Shown here: one piece after another, positions 25,371 through 38,559 of the stretch
Position numbering within the stretch: the first letter of the stretch is position 1
Layout of the letters: every line of letters begins with the position of its first letter
Origin: Octopus sinensis
Taxonomy: Eukaryota
Direction: 5' to 3'
Assembly (NCBI RefSeq): GCF_006345805.1
Contig: NC_043000.1
Coordinates: 52,576,001-52,640,000, forward strand
Length of the DNA stretch: 64,000 nucleotides
Made by a program: the position numbers and the translations under genes
The notes under the pieces: model-generated
Database searches by the model: none
Seen by the model: only the letters and a program-made list of their open reading frames with translations
What the model was told of the DNA's origin: nothing

Positions 25371-27424
25371 AGCATACTATATATATATATTTCCCTTCTT
25401 TTCTATTGTATACCGTGTACACTTATTCTTTTTTTTGTTATTTATCTATTTATTTTATAATTTCATTATATGTAAAACCCAACACTTTGTGTCTGTCTTT
25501 GTATCGTTCCACTCATCTTTCACCCTCGGGTAAAAATCAAACCATTCTCCAGCCTCATGGTGTTTTAGCTTCACTTTGTTCTGATCGAATGCGTCTCTCT
25601 TCTTACCTTCAATATAAATTGTACCGGATATCCTCATGCTCAACTGATTGTGCTTTATGAAAACTTGAAGACCTTTGTAGTGGAATTTAGTTTTTACCGA
25701 TTAGTTTTTGGCGTTTTGTACAAAGGTGTATGTTCTAATCGTATTAGAACAATGTGAATACGTTTTGTAACTGCTGATGCTGGATCCACGACATCAGCTT
25801 CCAGATCCTTATAAGGATTGACGAGCTTTCAGGGAGCAAGCAATTCCTTTATAATTATTCTGCGCTTTTAAGGCAGCGGTTACAGGGTGCCTTTTCATTT
25901 GCTGAGTCAACCCCATGTCTAACGTTATTTATCTATAAATTAAGGCTAAAGAAATGAGTTACAAATAAGTTAGAGCTCTTGAAATAGATGTCCTCAAGGA
26001 ATTCACACACCTTGTAGAAACACATATGCGTGCCTGTGTTTATGTGTTTATATAATATACAAGATACTAATCGGCAATAAGTACGCATTCTTCGTCAAAC
26101 AGATTGTTATTGTAGAATACCTATATATAATATTTAATTTCACTAAAACGAAAACAGCAGAAAGAAAAAAAAAAGAAAAGAAAACTAATAATTGATAATA
26201 ATGATTGTTTCGGTCGTCACTTTTAATCAAATATGCTTGTCTATAAACTCGACACATCGGAAATTAATATACATTCACCACACAGCTTTCGACCAGGGCA
26301 TATCCGTTTCTAAATTAATATCTTGTACAATAAGTTTATTCGTTTAAATCTATCATAAATTATTACTGACATCATTATTTCTGTAAGAGAAAGTATATAA
26401 CTATATCGCAATCATCAAACTTACAACATTATGCTTACAAGATGTACGATTTATTTGTGAATATGTATGTATATATGTATGCATATGTGTGTGTATATAT
26501 ATAAATCTTCAAATACATTTACATACCTACATATATACATCTATATATATAAATATGTGTGTGTATGTATATGTGTGTATAGATATGTATTTACACACAC
26601 ACCTATGTATGTATGTATATATGTATATTATCCTCAATCATTTCTGAGGCTTTCGGATCTAGTGGTTCAGTAAATACATTATGACTCTGAATTCAATCAA
26701 AATAGTCCGGGAAACAACGAAGAATGAATCATTCGTTGAAGAGACGAAGGTCTTAAACTTTAGACAATATTGATGGTAAGTACATATATATATATATTTA
26801 TGTATTATAAATTGATACGTAGACACATGCTTATACACAGGAAGAAAAGTTTGCATGAGATTTTAACTGTACATGTTCAATAAGATTGAATTTTTTTATT
26901 TACATTTTCATGTATAATTCTGTGAAATGTTTTCCTTCACGGATTCCTGAATGATTTTCTGCAAACATTTTGATTATTATTAATTGCGTAACATTGTTAT
27001 TTTTTTACAATACAAACTTGGTCTTATTTGATTTTTGTATGTTTATCTTGGTTCTCTTGTTAAGAACTTTAGATGCTATAAGTGTACTCAGTATACGTTC
27101 CAGTGTGTTTGTGCATTCGCGCATGCGAGGGAGAAAGTCACAGAGACAGAGATAAATACAATGGAAGAGAGAAAACCGAAACCAGACCCCAACTGAAATG
27201 TGAAGTACGCAACTAATAAGTAATGGAGAAGCAATGATAGTCAATGCGAACAAAATCAGAAAAAATTAAAAACAATTCTGAGGTAAATACCAGACACAAT
27301 AAAACCTGAATGCAGACATGTATTTTCCCTAATTCTATACACGTCACAACAGTAATCCTCTTTAGCTGGTATATCTGCTGATAACTATATGAATAATGCT
27401 GGTGAATGTAAATGTTTCAAATAT

Positions 27425-27565
27425 ATGAAGCTACGATTCAACTAGATATAGTTTCACAAATAAAGAACATAGATATAAAGCTTCTCTTCTTACTGCTGTC
27501 CAACATACTGTGAAAAGGATCAGATTTGGTTTACTGATGAAGTCTGATAAAACGGACACGTTGTG
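27425..27565 (+). mobile_element. Penelope-like relic: GIY-YIG fragment followed by a broken hammerhead core
   Basis: KLRFN/RYSFTNKEHRYKASL, then CTGATGA-AGTCT-loop-GGAC-ACGTT, which lacks the GAA of the GAAA box. Confidence 0.4.
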
Positions 27566-27843
27566 GTTTGATTTCTATTGTTGGATTTAAAGGTTCAATC
27601 CCAGCTTCTTTATTTTCCCAGTCTCGAATAGTAGAACTTACTTGGGTTACTGTTTTCAGATTTTGAGCAACAATAAAGGTGATTTTTATATCTAGTAACC
27701 TCATGGATATAATGATGGCACGTTGGCACAAACCTCAAAATGTCAGAAACACCGCCTTACCTCACTCATTTGGATTTGCAGAATGACTTTGTTTTCTGTA
27801 TATCGACACAGATTACTTCACGAGAATGTTATTTTATACAAGT

Positions 27844-27967
27844 TTATGCAATTTATGTGTTGGTTTATGCAAAGTAAAGACTTCCTATTTTCAGGAACAG
27901 ATAATAACTCAAATTCAGAGTAGTATCTGCAGACAAAAGTCGAAAATACTGATCGATACGTTATATT
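27844..27967 (+). repeat. Donor of a perfect 124-bp inverted duplication (copy at 29917-30040)
   Basis: Base-by-base reverse complement comparison gives 124/124 identity. Confidence 0.95.
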
Positions 27968-28120
27968 AACATCTATCATAAAACACAATAGGTAGTTGAC
28001 ATTGCTACTAATTAAATATGAATTTGAAATTAATCAGCTAAATGAACCATATTACCACCTCAATCATCTGGCCTGAAATATGCAGGGGAGACTGGGTCAT
28101 ACTTTATAGAGCCCTGAACG

Positions 28121-28207
28121 TTGAAAGGTAAAGTTGATCACAATAGAATTTTAACTCAGAGCGTTAAGTCGAACAAAATACCGTTAAGTATTTCGTTCGG
28201 CGTTCTA
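28121..28207 (-). mobile_element. SINE family 2 head fragment
   Basis: Reverse complement contains GAGTTAAAATTC (B-box-like) and ACTTTACCTTTC, as in 19852-19985. Confidence 0.55.
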
Positions 28208-28231
28208 ACAACAACAACAACAACAACAACA

Positions 28232-28265
<34 letters not shown>

Positions 28266-28321
28266 GTAGTAGTAGTAGTATTAATACTACTACTACTACT
28301 AGTAGTAGTAGAAGTAATAAA

Positions 28322-28845
28322 TGCCCTGATGCAGTACCAGGCAGGGGCTCTCATCGCTTCTGATTTTAACTAATTGGAAGTGTTATCATGTATATTGTTT
28401 TATCTTGGTATAAAAGATGGGCTACAACAAATATTCTGCTCAATACCACAGATTTGCTTGACCTTAACCTGTTCAGCATGCCCCTTAGTGGCTGACGATA
28501 TGTGCATTTCTGATCACGAGCAGAAGTAGTGGGGGAGCATCATAGCCATGTGTTGAGAGGAATTCTTTGGGGTTTGGATAATTCACCCTTGAAAACATGG
28601 GTGTTTCATTCATCATCTTTAAACAAACTTTATTCAAGGACCTTTTGAGCAGGATGGGTTACTCGACCTGAAGAAAATCCTAACTGGGCCCCACCTATCT
28701 TGACATGAGATCACCATGTCGCGCACATATGGTTGTGATGCATATGCCTAATGTACCCTTATCAGACGGGTAGTCATGATGGGTATACTGGGCTTCGTAT
28801 ATTGTACCCCAGTGTCATTGTGATGGCATGCACTGCTCTCTCACT
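28322..28845. mobile_element. Unclassified ~530-bp interspersed element, most complete copy
   Basis: TGCCCTGATGCAGTACCAGGCA...CACTGCTCTCTCACT, between trinucleotide microsatellites. Homologous to 10534-10914 and 31846-32052. Confidence 0.85.
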
Positions 28846-28907
<62 letters not shown>

Positions 28908-28935
28908 TTACTACTACTACTACTACTACTACTAC

Positions 28936-28972
<37 letters not shown>

Positions 28973-29289
28973 AATAAGCTAGGTGTGAAACAATAACTTC
29001 TCTGGAAAACCGGAAATCTGGAAATATCGCTGAACAGGAGAACAGGAGAATACAAAGCTTATGGTTGAAACAAGGTTTGAAGGAGCATTTAAAATGAAAG
29101 GAAATTTGATGAGTATATCTTTGAGGAAGGCAAAACAAGTATGCTAACATACTGTCGTTGAAATGGACAAATTGGAGGGCTTAGAGTAATTTCATATGAG
29201 AATAATGAATCGAGCGATAGGTAAGGAAAAAGGTAAGAGTAAACACTCGAATAACTGAGTATTAACCAGTGACTGTACCTTCCCAAACA

Positions 29290-30990
29290 TTAGACAGCAA
29301 CAACAACAACACCAAAAATCAACAATTTGTCTGCCATAGACTTAATCGCAACAGAAACAAATGTTAATATAACAAGGCTAAATAAAATAATATATGCAGC
29401 GTTATCTGTGACCACAAAAGGAATGGACATTCCTGCAAATCCATTCAAGTAGATGTATCAAACCTAAATACATTGTATGGAAAACTAATATCCAGGAAAA
29501 TAAAAGGAAGGATTTTAATGACATTTGCAAACACAACTTTGCTAAGCAACAAAAAAGAAAGAAAAATACTACAGAAATATAAAATAATAGAATATATGCC
29601 TGAGACAAATGAACATCTAAAGGAAGATATTCTAGCCAAAGCACAACGAACCTATCGGTATGAAAACGCCAACGATTCTTTCCACAAAATAAGCAGTTTA
29701 ACTATAGTTCAAAACCATTCTACCAAAACTTGGAAAAAATAAAATAGAAATTAGTGAAGCACCAGTAGCAAGAGAAGTGGAAGAATTTTGAAAGGAAGTA
29801 TGGGCGCCGTCGGGACTACCCCAGAAACTAGATAAATTAAAGCAACAAACACATCACCTTTATAAATCTGGACACCTATGACAACGGTAGAAGTAACCCA
29901 CATACTGCAAAATTTAAATATAACGTATCGATCAGTATTTTCGACTTTTGTCTGCAGATACTACTCTGAATTTGAGTTATTATCTGTTCCTGAAAATAGG
30001 AAGTCTTTACTTTGCATAAACCAACACATAAATTGCATAACAACCGGAAAGCATCAGGGTACGAGAAGGTTCCCAATGTCTGGCTCAAATATGTAAAAGC
30101 GACACATAAGGTGCTGGTAGGGAAGTTCAATGATATGCTAAATGTCACATCTGAACGGCTCACAGAAGGGAAAATCATGCTACTTCCGAAATCTACTGAA
30201 ATTACAAATCCGGAGAGCAACACGCCAATAACATGTTTCCCTACAAGCTACAGAGCCTTAACTACAATAATATCACTGAAAATGATTAGATATGCAGAAG
30301 AAACAACTTGTTTTCAGAAGAATGCTGCAAAGGCTTATATGGATGTAAAGAGCAGTTATTGATCAACAAAGCCATGACTAGAAGTTGCCGATAGAAAAAG
30401 AATAGTCTAATCATAGCATGGATCTATTGCTGGAATTCTTTTAACAGTATTTCAAGATATGGATCTTGGACACACATGAAGCCATGAACAAAGTAGCGCC
30501 AAAATAATAAAATACATAAAACATGCCATCAATAAGTGGCAAACAGTTCTGAAGCTACAGGTAAAAGAGTGGCTTATAAAAGCTAGAGCCATTCCCATTG
30601 CAAGAGGAATATTCCAAAGAAATCGCTCTCTCCACTCATTTTCTGTCTGGAACTGACACCTTTAACCGACATGCTAAATAGAACCGTATGTGAATACAAC
30701 TGCTATTTTTGAAATTATTAATCATCTCTTGTACCTGGATAATTACAACTTCTATGCTGCAGATGATTAACAAATGAAGGCATTGCGAGAGCCAGCGCAG
30801 GAAGGTACCAATGAAATATTAAATTCGGCTTAGAAATATGTGCCAAAGCAAACGTGAAGTGAAGAATGTACTTAAAAATAGAATATATCACACTAGTTAC
30901 GGAAAATGAAATCAGAGAACCAGACCAAAACGAGACATAAAAATACTTACGAATCAGCAAACTAGATACAGTACAATTCTCATAAATGTG
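29290..30990 (+). mobile_element. Old decayed R4/Dong-clade LINE (pre-RT and RT region)
   Basis: LNKIIYAA, AKAQR..RY, KASGYEKVPNVWLK, LTEGKIMLLPK, PITCFPTSY, QLLINKAM, ARGIFQ..SLSP and INHLLYLDN all align with copy A. Many lesions. Confidence 0.85.
29917..30040 (-). repeat. Inverted 124-bp templated insertion inside the old LINE
   Basis: Exact reverse complement of 27844-27967. It splits ILQNL-N|N-RKASG, equivalent to VLRKAHKWKTPG in copy A. Confidence 0.92.
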
Positions 30991-31845
30991 CTGTTGCACA
31001 TTCTATGGCTTTCTCTTCAGTTGAGAATTTCACCTCACCTGTGTAAAGCATCTTCACGAGTGACATATTTTTTATACCCCAAGCTGGTCTTAAGCATTTA
31101 TCAATCTGAGCATGCTTAGCACGCTCACTTCTGGATTTTGATGAAATACACTTGTATATAATAGTTGTTTTTTCGTGTATCTTCTTGTATTTCCTTTGAT
31201 ATATTTAGCAAATCATGCTGCCTTTTTCTGTTAAGTGTCCTTTGGCACCAATTAGTGTTTTTTTCTATCACGTCATCTTCCCTCAGTCGACATAACGGCT
31301 ATGCGTAACCTCTTCCAATTTTCTTTAGCAGAAGTTTCGCTGTTTCCGACGTATCTATGTTTGTGATAGTGATGGCGATGGTAGTGTTGATGGTGTGGTT
31401 AGATTTGCTGTTGCCAATGGTGGTGGTAGATCTAGTGCTGATACTTTCTGCTGTCATTGTTATCTTTTGTTGTTCTTGTGACAGTGATGGCAGTGATAAT
31501 ATTCCCATGCTGCGTTATTGCCTTTAACTGCATTCACTGATTTTTATTATTTCACTCTTTTGTTCAGCAGTGGGTAGCTGTACTTTTCTACGGACTAACA
31601 ATCCTCGGCCACCATCTTTCTTCTTTTAAAAACAAAATGGAGGGGCGTATTTACTACAGAAACGCCAAATTGCTCCCTGAAGGGCTGCAGAAGAAGACAT
31701 CTAACTAGTCCCTAAGGTCATGATTAGTTTATCCAAAACACCATAGCAAATATCAATATATAACTTTGTATGACAATAAACATAATTACAAATTTACGGG
31801 CGCGATGTACAATATGACAGACGAAAAAAATCATCCTTAAATAAC

Positions 31846-32052
31846 TCTTATTCAGGAACTTTTTTGGCGGGTTAAGATACTCCACCTCAACAAAGTTCTA
31901 ACGTGGCCCAATCTGCAAAGCCATGAACTGCTTAGTTTCATATAAGATCACCATATCACGGATCTATGGCTGGAATGGTTGTGCCTAGAATATCCTAATC
32001 AGGCGGGTAGTCATCATGGCTATATTGAGCTTCGTATATTTGGGCAGTATCA
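31846..32052. mobile_element. Unclassified element, copy 3 (old, right-hand part)
   Basis: Degenerate match to 28620-28815 (GATCACCAT, GGGTAGTCAT.ATGG, GCTTCGTATATT). Confidence 0.65.
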
Positions 32053-32199
32053 TTACTTAGATACTCAGCAGCTTTTGTAGACTGGACAAGATCTGAATTA
32101 GCACAGCTAGACAGAATAAGTAAGAAGGAATTCAGTATGAATGGTGGACGCCGCAAAAGGGCAGGGTAGCAAGATTATACCTATCTAGAAAAGAATATA

Positions 32200-32215
32200 A
32201 ATGATGATGATGATA

Positions 32216-32246
<31 letters not shown>

Positions 32247-32281
32247 CGACGACGACGACGACGACGACAACGACGACGACG

Positions 32282-32357
<76 letters not shown>

Positions 32358-32360
32358 CGA
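32200..32360 (+). repeat. Symmetric (GAT)n(GAC)n(GAT)n microsatellite
   Basis: Directly visible. It explains the poly-M/T/H/R/S ORFs. Confidence 0.95.
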
Positions 32361-32544
32361 AAACGACGACAATGATATTGATGTGTCTTTCTGCATGGAA
32401 ATATTGGATAACTTGCATACACGTCATCTTTATGCTGCCTTACCTCAAATATTCCAAAAGCTTGTGGTCAGGACGCGCAATTAACATCGAAAATTCAAAG
32501 GGAAAGGTGAAGAATACCCTGGACCACAAGAACTACTACTGTTA

Positions 32545-32800
32545 GTACTGCTAGTGCTACTACAGCTACCACCACCACCACCACCATCACCACCACTAAC
32601 ATCTGCCATCAGCACCATCCCAACCACCATTGCCATTCCCATCATTACCACCACAACTGCCATCACCACCGACGTCATCTTCACCACCAACAGCACGCAC
32701 TACTACTGCTACTACTACTACTACTGCTACATCTGCTGCTGCTCCCTCTTCCTCCCCCTCCCCCTCCTCCTCCTACTACTAGTACTACTACTACTAGACT
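32545..32800 (+). repeat. Compound (CAC)/(TAC)/(CTC) low-complexity tract
   Basis: Directly visible. Confidence 0.9.
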
Positions 32801-33599
32801 TAAGCAAGTTAATACGAACTATTTTCAAGCCTGATGATAAACCAAAGCAATTCTTTTCAGAACATATACATTAATATAATTTCAGAGAAACATTATTTAA
32901 TTACCGTTTCCGTTAAAGATCGTGTGTCTGCTGGGAATATATTGACTCTTACAACCTTGACTTGATCTACTGCTCTGTAGAAAAATTCGTTTATCGAATA
33001 TTTTTCAACGATTGTCTATCTGAAATAAAGACAAAAATATTGTATCTAATCTCCCCGGTATTTGTAATGTGTTAAATCGTTTGCGTTGATATACTTTGTA
33101 AATTGTCACTTTTTTGTTACTATTGATTACCATATGAAAAGAAACTTTAGTGTTAAACTAGGCCAGCACCTTAGTACTCTTTGGTAAATATTGCCTATCG
33201 CACAAATGATGTTTATATTTGAATAAGTACACTTCCTCTACTATGATCGGAACTTTCAGAAGGAGAAATGGGAGAATTGAGACGAATTGTTTAATAACAA
33301 TGAAACCAGTCTGTTTAATTCTCATTTCAAGCTTTCAAAAAGACTTTCTTAGCGACAATTTCATAGCGTGACTAGATGTAGAAAATACTAGTTTGTCTAT
33401 ATATTTATTCACAAACCATGTTGTACTGAGAAGCTGGTAATTATTGTTTGTATTCTTACCTAGTGTATCGTACAAATGTGCGGTTCCAGTCTAAATAGTT
33501 CTTTAGTTTTCTATATATTGCAATTCGTTGGCATCGACGGCTCATTTGTATAGAGGGAAAGCGAATCCTGATGTAAGATAAATGATAATCATAGCAGAC

Positions 33600-34000
33600 A
33601 GTGCAGCTTCTAAATTAAGCTACCGAAAATATACCTTCATAGTTTTAATTGGACAGTATAACTAAATAGATATGGATATGTAATGGCATAAACATTTGAT
33701 TTTTGTACAATCGAATGGCACAGCATAAAGTGCAGGCTTTATGTCGAGTAACGAATCGAGATAAGGTGATATGGGAAAATATATCTTCATTTTCAGTTAT
33801 GTCCAACCTAGGATTATCTTCAATATATTTTTAGATGTAGAGCACGTCATACTGCTTAGTATCGCATCATTCGGTACTGGCCATTATTGGGTTGTTGGGT
33901 CAGCCTCAATTACCTAAGCTCATAGTGGAATATACCAAAATCTTTAACAGATATTTATCCTACCTACCTTCAAGTCCAACTTGGAATATATGATCTTGGA
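33600..34000 (-). mobile_element. Possible decayed Ty3/Gypsy RT relic
   Basis: Minus-strand YSKLDLK (33985-33968), FGIFHY and YLD (33763-33755), with spacing (~70 codons) like Gypsy RT SKLDL..YLDD. Confidence 0.35.
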
Positions 34001-34328
34001 AATTTAAGGAAGTGGTTAACATTGTTATACAAAATTGAAAATGTTACGGCTAGAGTATTTGCTTAGTTTAGAGCATTATATAATATATTATGCAACCATC
34101 GGTTGAAGTATAGTTTATATACAGGACGGTGGAGTCAACATCTTGAACGTGTTGTTTGTGTATATGTGGTAATTACTGCCGCCGTTATTATTTTATTAGA
34201 TATTATCTATAAGAAAATATTTGTAAGACTCTGTCTACCTCCCCCTCTCTCTTGTTCTCTCTCTATATATATAAACCCAGACGCACTCACGCACACACCA
34301 ACATATCAACACACACACACACACACAC

Positions 34329-34375
<47 letters not shown>

Positions 34376-34988
34376 AAATATGTATTCGAGTATGTAGCAA
34401 CACAAGATCATTATATAAATTTAATATATAACCATATATTTATCTTGGGAATAGTAAATTAAAAATCTTGAATTTTAGTGGATCTTTCTGTCATTTATAT
34501 TCATCAGGTGAGTTAATTTTATTGACCCATTAAATTAAATTACTGCCAATTTAAAATCTTAACACTCAAGCATTGTATTAAAACCATAGTTACTGCACTA
34601 CTTACAACAAGTTTTGCGACAAAAGGGAAAAAAATATTGAGTGTATCACAGAAGAAGACGGTCGCCATTTGATTAGAAAGCCAATATTATTGCCATTCTT
34701 GCATAACGGCATTTCTTCTGATTTTGCGTTCTAACTTCAAATACCGCCAAGATCAACTGTGCTTTTCTTCATTTCGAGTCGAAAAAACGCACCATTTGAG
34801 TAATTAGATCTTTTGCCAAAATTTGAAACCAATACCTATCTACCTACCTACCTACACACATACATACCTGCCTACCTACCTACACACCTACATAGATACA
34901 TATAATATTAATATATATATATATATATATATGTGTGTGCATATACACTAAACCGCAAAGTAACGCGTTTTTTCAAATGTCATTTTTT

Positions 34989-35205
34989 ATTCTTTTATTT
35001 TGTTTCAGTTATCTGACTGCGGCCATGCTACAGCACCACTTGTTGTCGAACAAATGGACCCGAGGACTTTGTAAGCGTAGTACTTAATTTATCGGTCTCT
35101 TTTGACGAAGCGCTAAGTTACGGGGACGTAAACACACCAGCATCGGTTGTCAAGTGTTGGTGGGGTGACAAGCACAAACACACAAACATACACACACACA
35201 CTCAC

Positions 35206-35239
<34 letters not shown>

Positions 35240-35395
35240 GACAAGCTTCTTACAGTTTCCGTCTACCACATCCACTCACAAGGCTTTAGCCCGAGGCTAT
35301 AGCAGAAGACACTTGCTCAAGGTACCACGCAGTGGGACTGAACTTGGAAGTATATGGTTGGGAAGCAAGCTACATACCACACTGCGACTCCTGCC
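34989..35395 (-). mobile_element. Full-length tRNA-derived SINE family 1
   Basis: tRNA-like head with A-box-like and B-box-like (AAGTTCAGTCCC) motifs, central (TA)/(TG) microsatellite, body and A-rich tail. Homologous to several other copies in the window. Confidence 0.88.
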
Positions 35396-35572
35396 ACCGT
35401 CAGGCACCACTATTCTGGGCTACACAGCACCGACATTGGCGGCATCAACAATGGAGGTTGATAGTCTTCTCTGACGAGAACCGGTACTGCGTTCCCACCT
35501 TGGGTGGCAGATTGATGGTGTGGCGTAGGAGGGGTGAACGCTACAGATACGTATGTGTCATAGAGAGAGACA
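35396..35572 (+). mobile_element. Tc1-family transposase fragment (first catalytic Asp region)
   Basis: LFWATQHRHWRHQQWRLIVFSDENRY..GRLMVWRRRGERY is the typical Tc1 W..W..V.FSDES.F..VWRR..E motif. Confidence 0.82.
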
Positions 35573-35785
35573 CAAACACACACACACACACATATATATA
35601 TATCATTGTTCTCCGGTTTATACCAGCGTACGGTGAAAACCATGTATATTACTGTATCATTGAAACGCATATGTATTAAGGACTTTTGTAGGTAGGAACT
35701 TCTCTACAAAAATGTAAACGTCTTTAAATAGATAACGTATGTACGTCAATTTTTTAATTTTCTTCATATTCTCATATATATACAT

Positions 35786-35892
<107 letters not shown>

Positions 35893-37509
35893 TGTGTGAG
35901 GGGGTGTATAATTAATTTTCACTTGGAATTATTGGCATAATTTTGAATTGCACATTTTTGTAAGTTTGTTACAGAGTCGAAAATAAGGGAACTGCTCAGA
36001 AATCACAAAATTACTCTGAGATAATACGCTCTCAAATAATGCATAGAATGCTAACTACTTCTATTACTGATGGCTAAGTAAGTTTGTCTTGCACATGTAT
36101 TCAAGAAAAAGTTGGATGGAAAAATACATTGGGTATTATATCCTGATGAGATACATTAAGTATAAAACATGAAAAATCCCTACAGACTCCTTTATATTTT
36201 AAATTGTTTTTATTTAACTGGATTTTGTCTTCAAAGTAAGATTCATATTCTGAAATCTGTATTCATGTTGCTATTTTAAAACTAGTTTTGAAACTGATAT
36301 CACTTTTTTTTTTATCAGAAATAGTTTCAAAATATACTTATCCAGGAATAATGCTCGTTATTGGAAATTGAAAATATAATGTAAATTATATGCTAACCAT
36401 TTAAATATCCAATCAATTTTCGCGCTGAATTATTCAAATGCTTTTGACGAGTAAATTTTTACGCCGCTTCCAACGTGTGCGTGTGTGTGTGTCTGTAATT
36501 TATTTTGCTATTGTAAGGAAGCTATAACTCGCCCACACCATTAATTAAATCTATTTTAACTGCCTAATTCTTTATTTAACTCAAAGAATATAAGAAATCG
36601 AACAAGTAGTGTTTTGGAAATTATTCTTCAAAGATACAATAAATGGATCAGTCCCATCTCTTCAAAACATAAACCAATTTGATAAATGTATGGCCATTTT
36701 TGTGATTTATGATATAATGCTTATGAAAAAATGCATAGAAATGAAAAGAACTTTAATGTAATGATAAACTCTGAAAATAATGGGTATGCTTATTATTATA
36801 TGATCATATTTGCTAAAACCACTATCCCCAAAACTGACTTAATAATGAGGTTCACAGGTAATTTTCAAGTTATTTAGTGTGTTTATATATTACCGACACA
36901 TTTCTGAAATTGCGTTTATTTGCTCCTGGTATAATATAATATTCGTAATAACATACTTTTAATATACACAGTGACACTATTGTGTACTTATATAAAATAA
37001 ATTTCAGTTCACAACATTGTAAAATATTGTTGTATTCAGCATTAATTACATTGAACATTACCTATACCAATTTATAGCAAAGCACACATTCAATAACAGG
37101 GAAGATACACTATCAATTCCTTAATTACTGTAATAAAATAAAATATAGAATTTGTATTTTTTTTAACTGTCGGATAGAAGTAAAACTTGCCAGACTGGCA
37201 TCATAGATATAAATTCAAATATTTTGATGTCATGCTGTACGTACTTTTGTTCATATGATATATATATTTATATATAATTGTGCATGTGTGTGTGTGTGTT
37301 TGTTTGTGTGTGTGCGTGTGTGTTTGAGTGCATGTATATCTGCCTGTATATGCGTATATGTATGTAGTGAAAGAAGCGACCGTCATGCAATTTGGTATAA
37401 TACATAAAATATAAATGAAGTGACTCTCATTATCGTTTATTATAAATTGCATTATCAGTTGGCATGTAGTATGAGGTGTTCCTAACATCATTTGGATGTA
37501 GATATCCAT

Positions 37510-37920
37510 ACTGTTGCCTTAGTAGCGAAGGTAAAGCATGCATAGTAAAGCCACTTGGCACAGATTGACCCTGAACGCTGTTGTGCATACGCACTGAGAT
37601 TTAACATTCTAGCTCACCTCCACTATTTACAGCACCGTTTGGAAGGAAGGTGTGTGGCGTGTGATCATTGCATTGACCACGACAGATACCTGCTCAGAGG
37701 CCTACGCAAAGTTGCAGAAAGTTATAGAGAGGAGTGCATGAGCCACACATAAGTGTACGAGTGATTCAGACGTTTCCAGGATAGCTGAAAAATGTCGATA
37801 TTGACGAATGTTCTGGGAGACCACAGCCAACAGACCTGAGAAATACATCGCAAATGTGCGTGCAGCTGTGAGGGGAAATTGTCCAAACACCATCTATGAG
37901 TTATCAGAGCCATAAACCAG
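37510..37920 (+). mobile_element. Mariner 5' region and HTH fragment (decayed)
   Basis: SEAYAKLQK..EECMSHT*VYE*FRRFQD..DIDECSGRP..NVRAAV..TIYELSE. Confidence 0.72.
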
Positions 37921-38199
37921 AATGTCTTGGAATATTTACACTTACATCCATGAAAAAAATTTTTAGAATTTACCATATAAAATTGACATTTGAAAAACCA
38001 CGTTTGTTTTGCGGTGCAGAGTTCATATAGTTTCGAATGGAAAACGGTTGCTCTTTCTCAGGAATGTACTTCATCCAGGCGAACACCGATTTAGCTCTAT
38101 ATCGATTATTTTCTTGGGATTTCTTAATTTGTGTTAGTATTAACCTTTACTGATGGCTATTCTTCGACATCAGTACATTACACTTATGATAGGAGAAAA

Positions 38200-38250
<51 letters not shown>

Positions 38251-38559
38251 TATGTGTCTTTGGATTCCGTTCCAAAAATAGCTAGAGGTTTAACCATGAC
38301 CATAGTGGACAATAGTTAGTTTCAATTCTGGAAAACTAGGTTATGCAACTCTTCACCCTTAATGGAATTTAGATCGTCTTTTTAGATGTTGGGTCCCTAC
38401 TCACTTGTTAAAGAATAAAACAAATAAAAATATATGTATTGGTAAGTATGCAAATCTATTTATTTATTTATTTATGTAACTTCGGTTTTTTTATTATAAG
38501 TGTAATTTGATATTTAATTTATTTAGATATTACCAACGACCTTAGGGAAACAGATGGAA

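Noticed and set aside
36143-36172. CTGATGA-GATAC-loop-GTAT-AAAACATG hammerhead-like motif
   Set aside because: G12 is absent and stem I is not supported. It may be a decayed copy but cannot be called.
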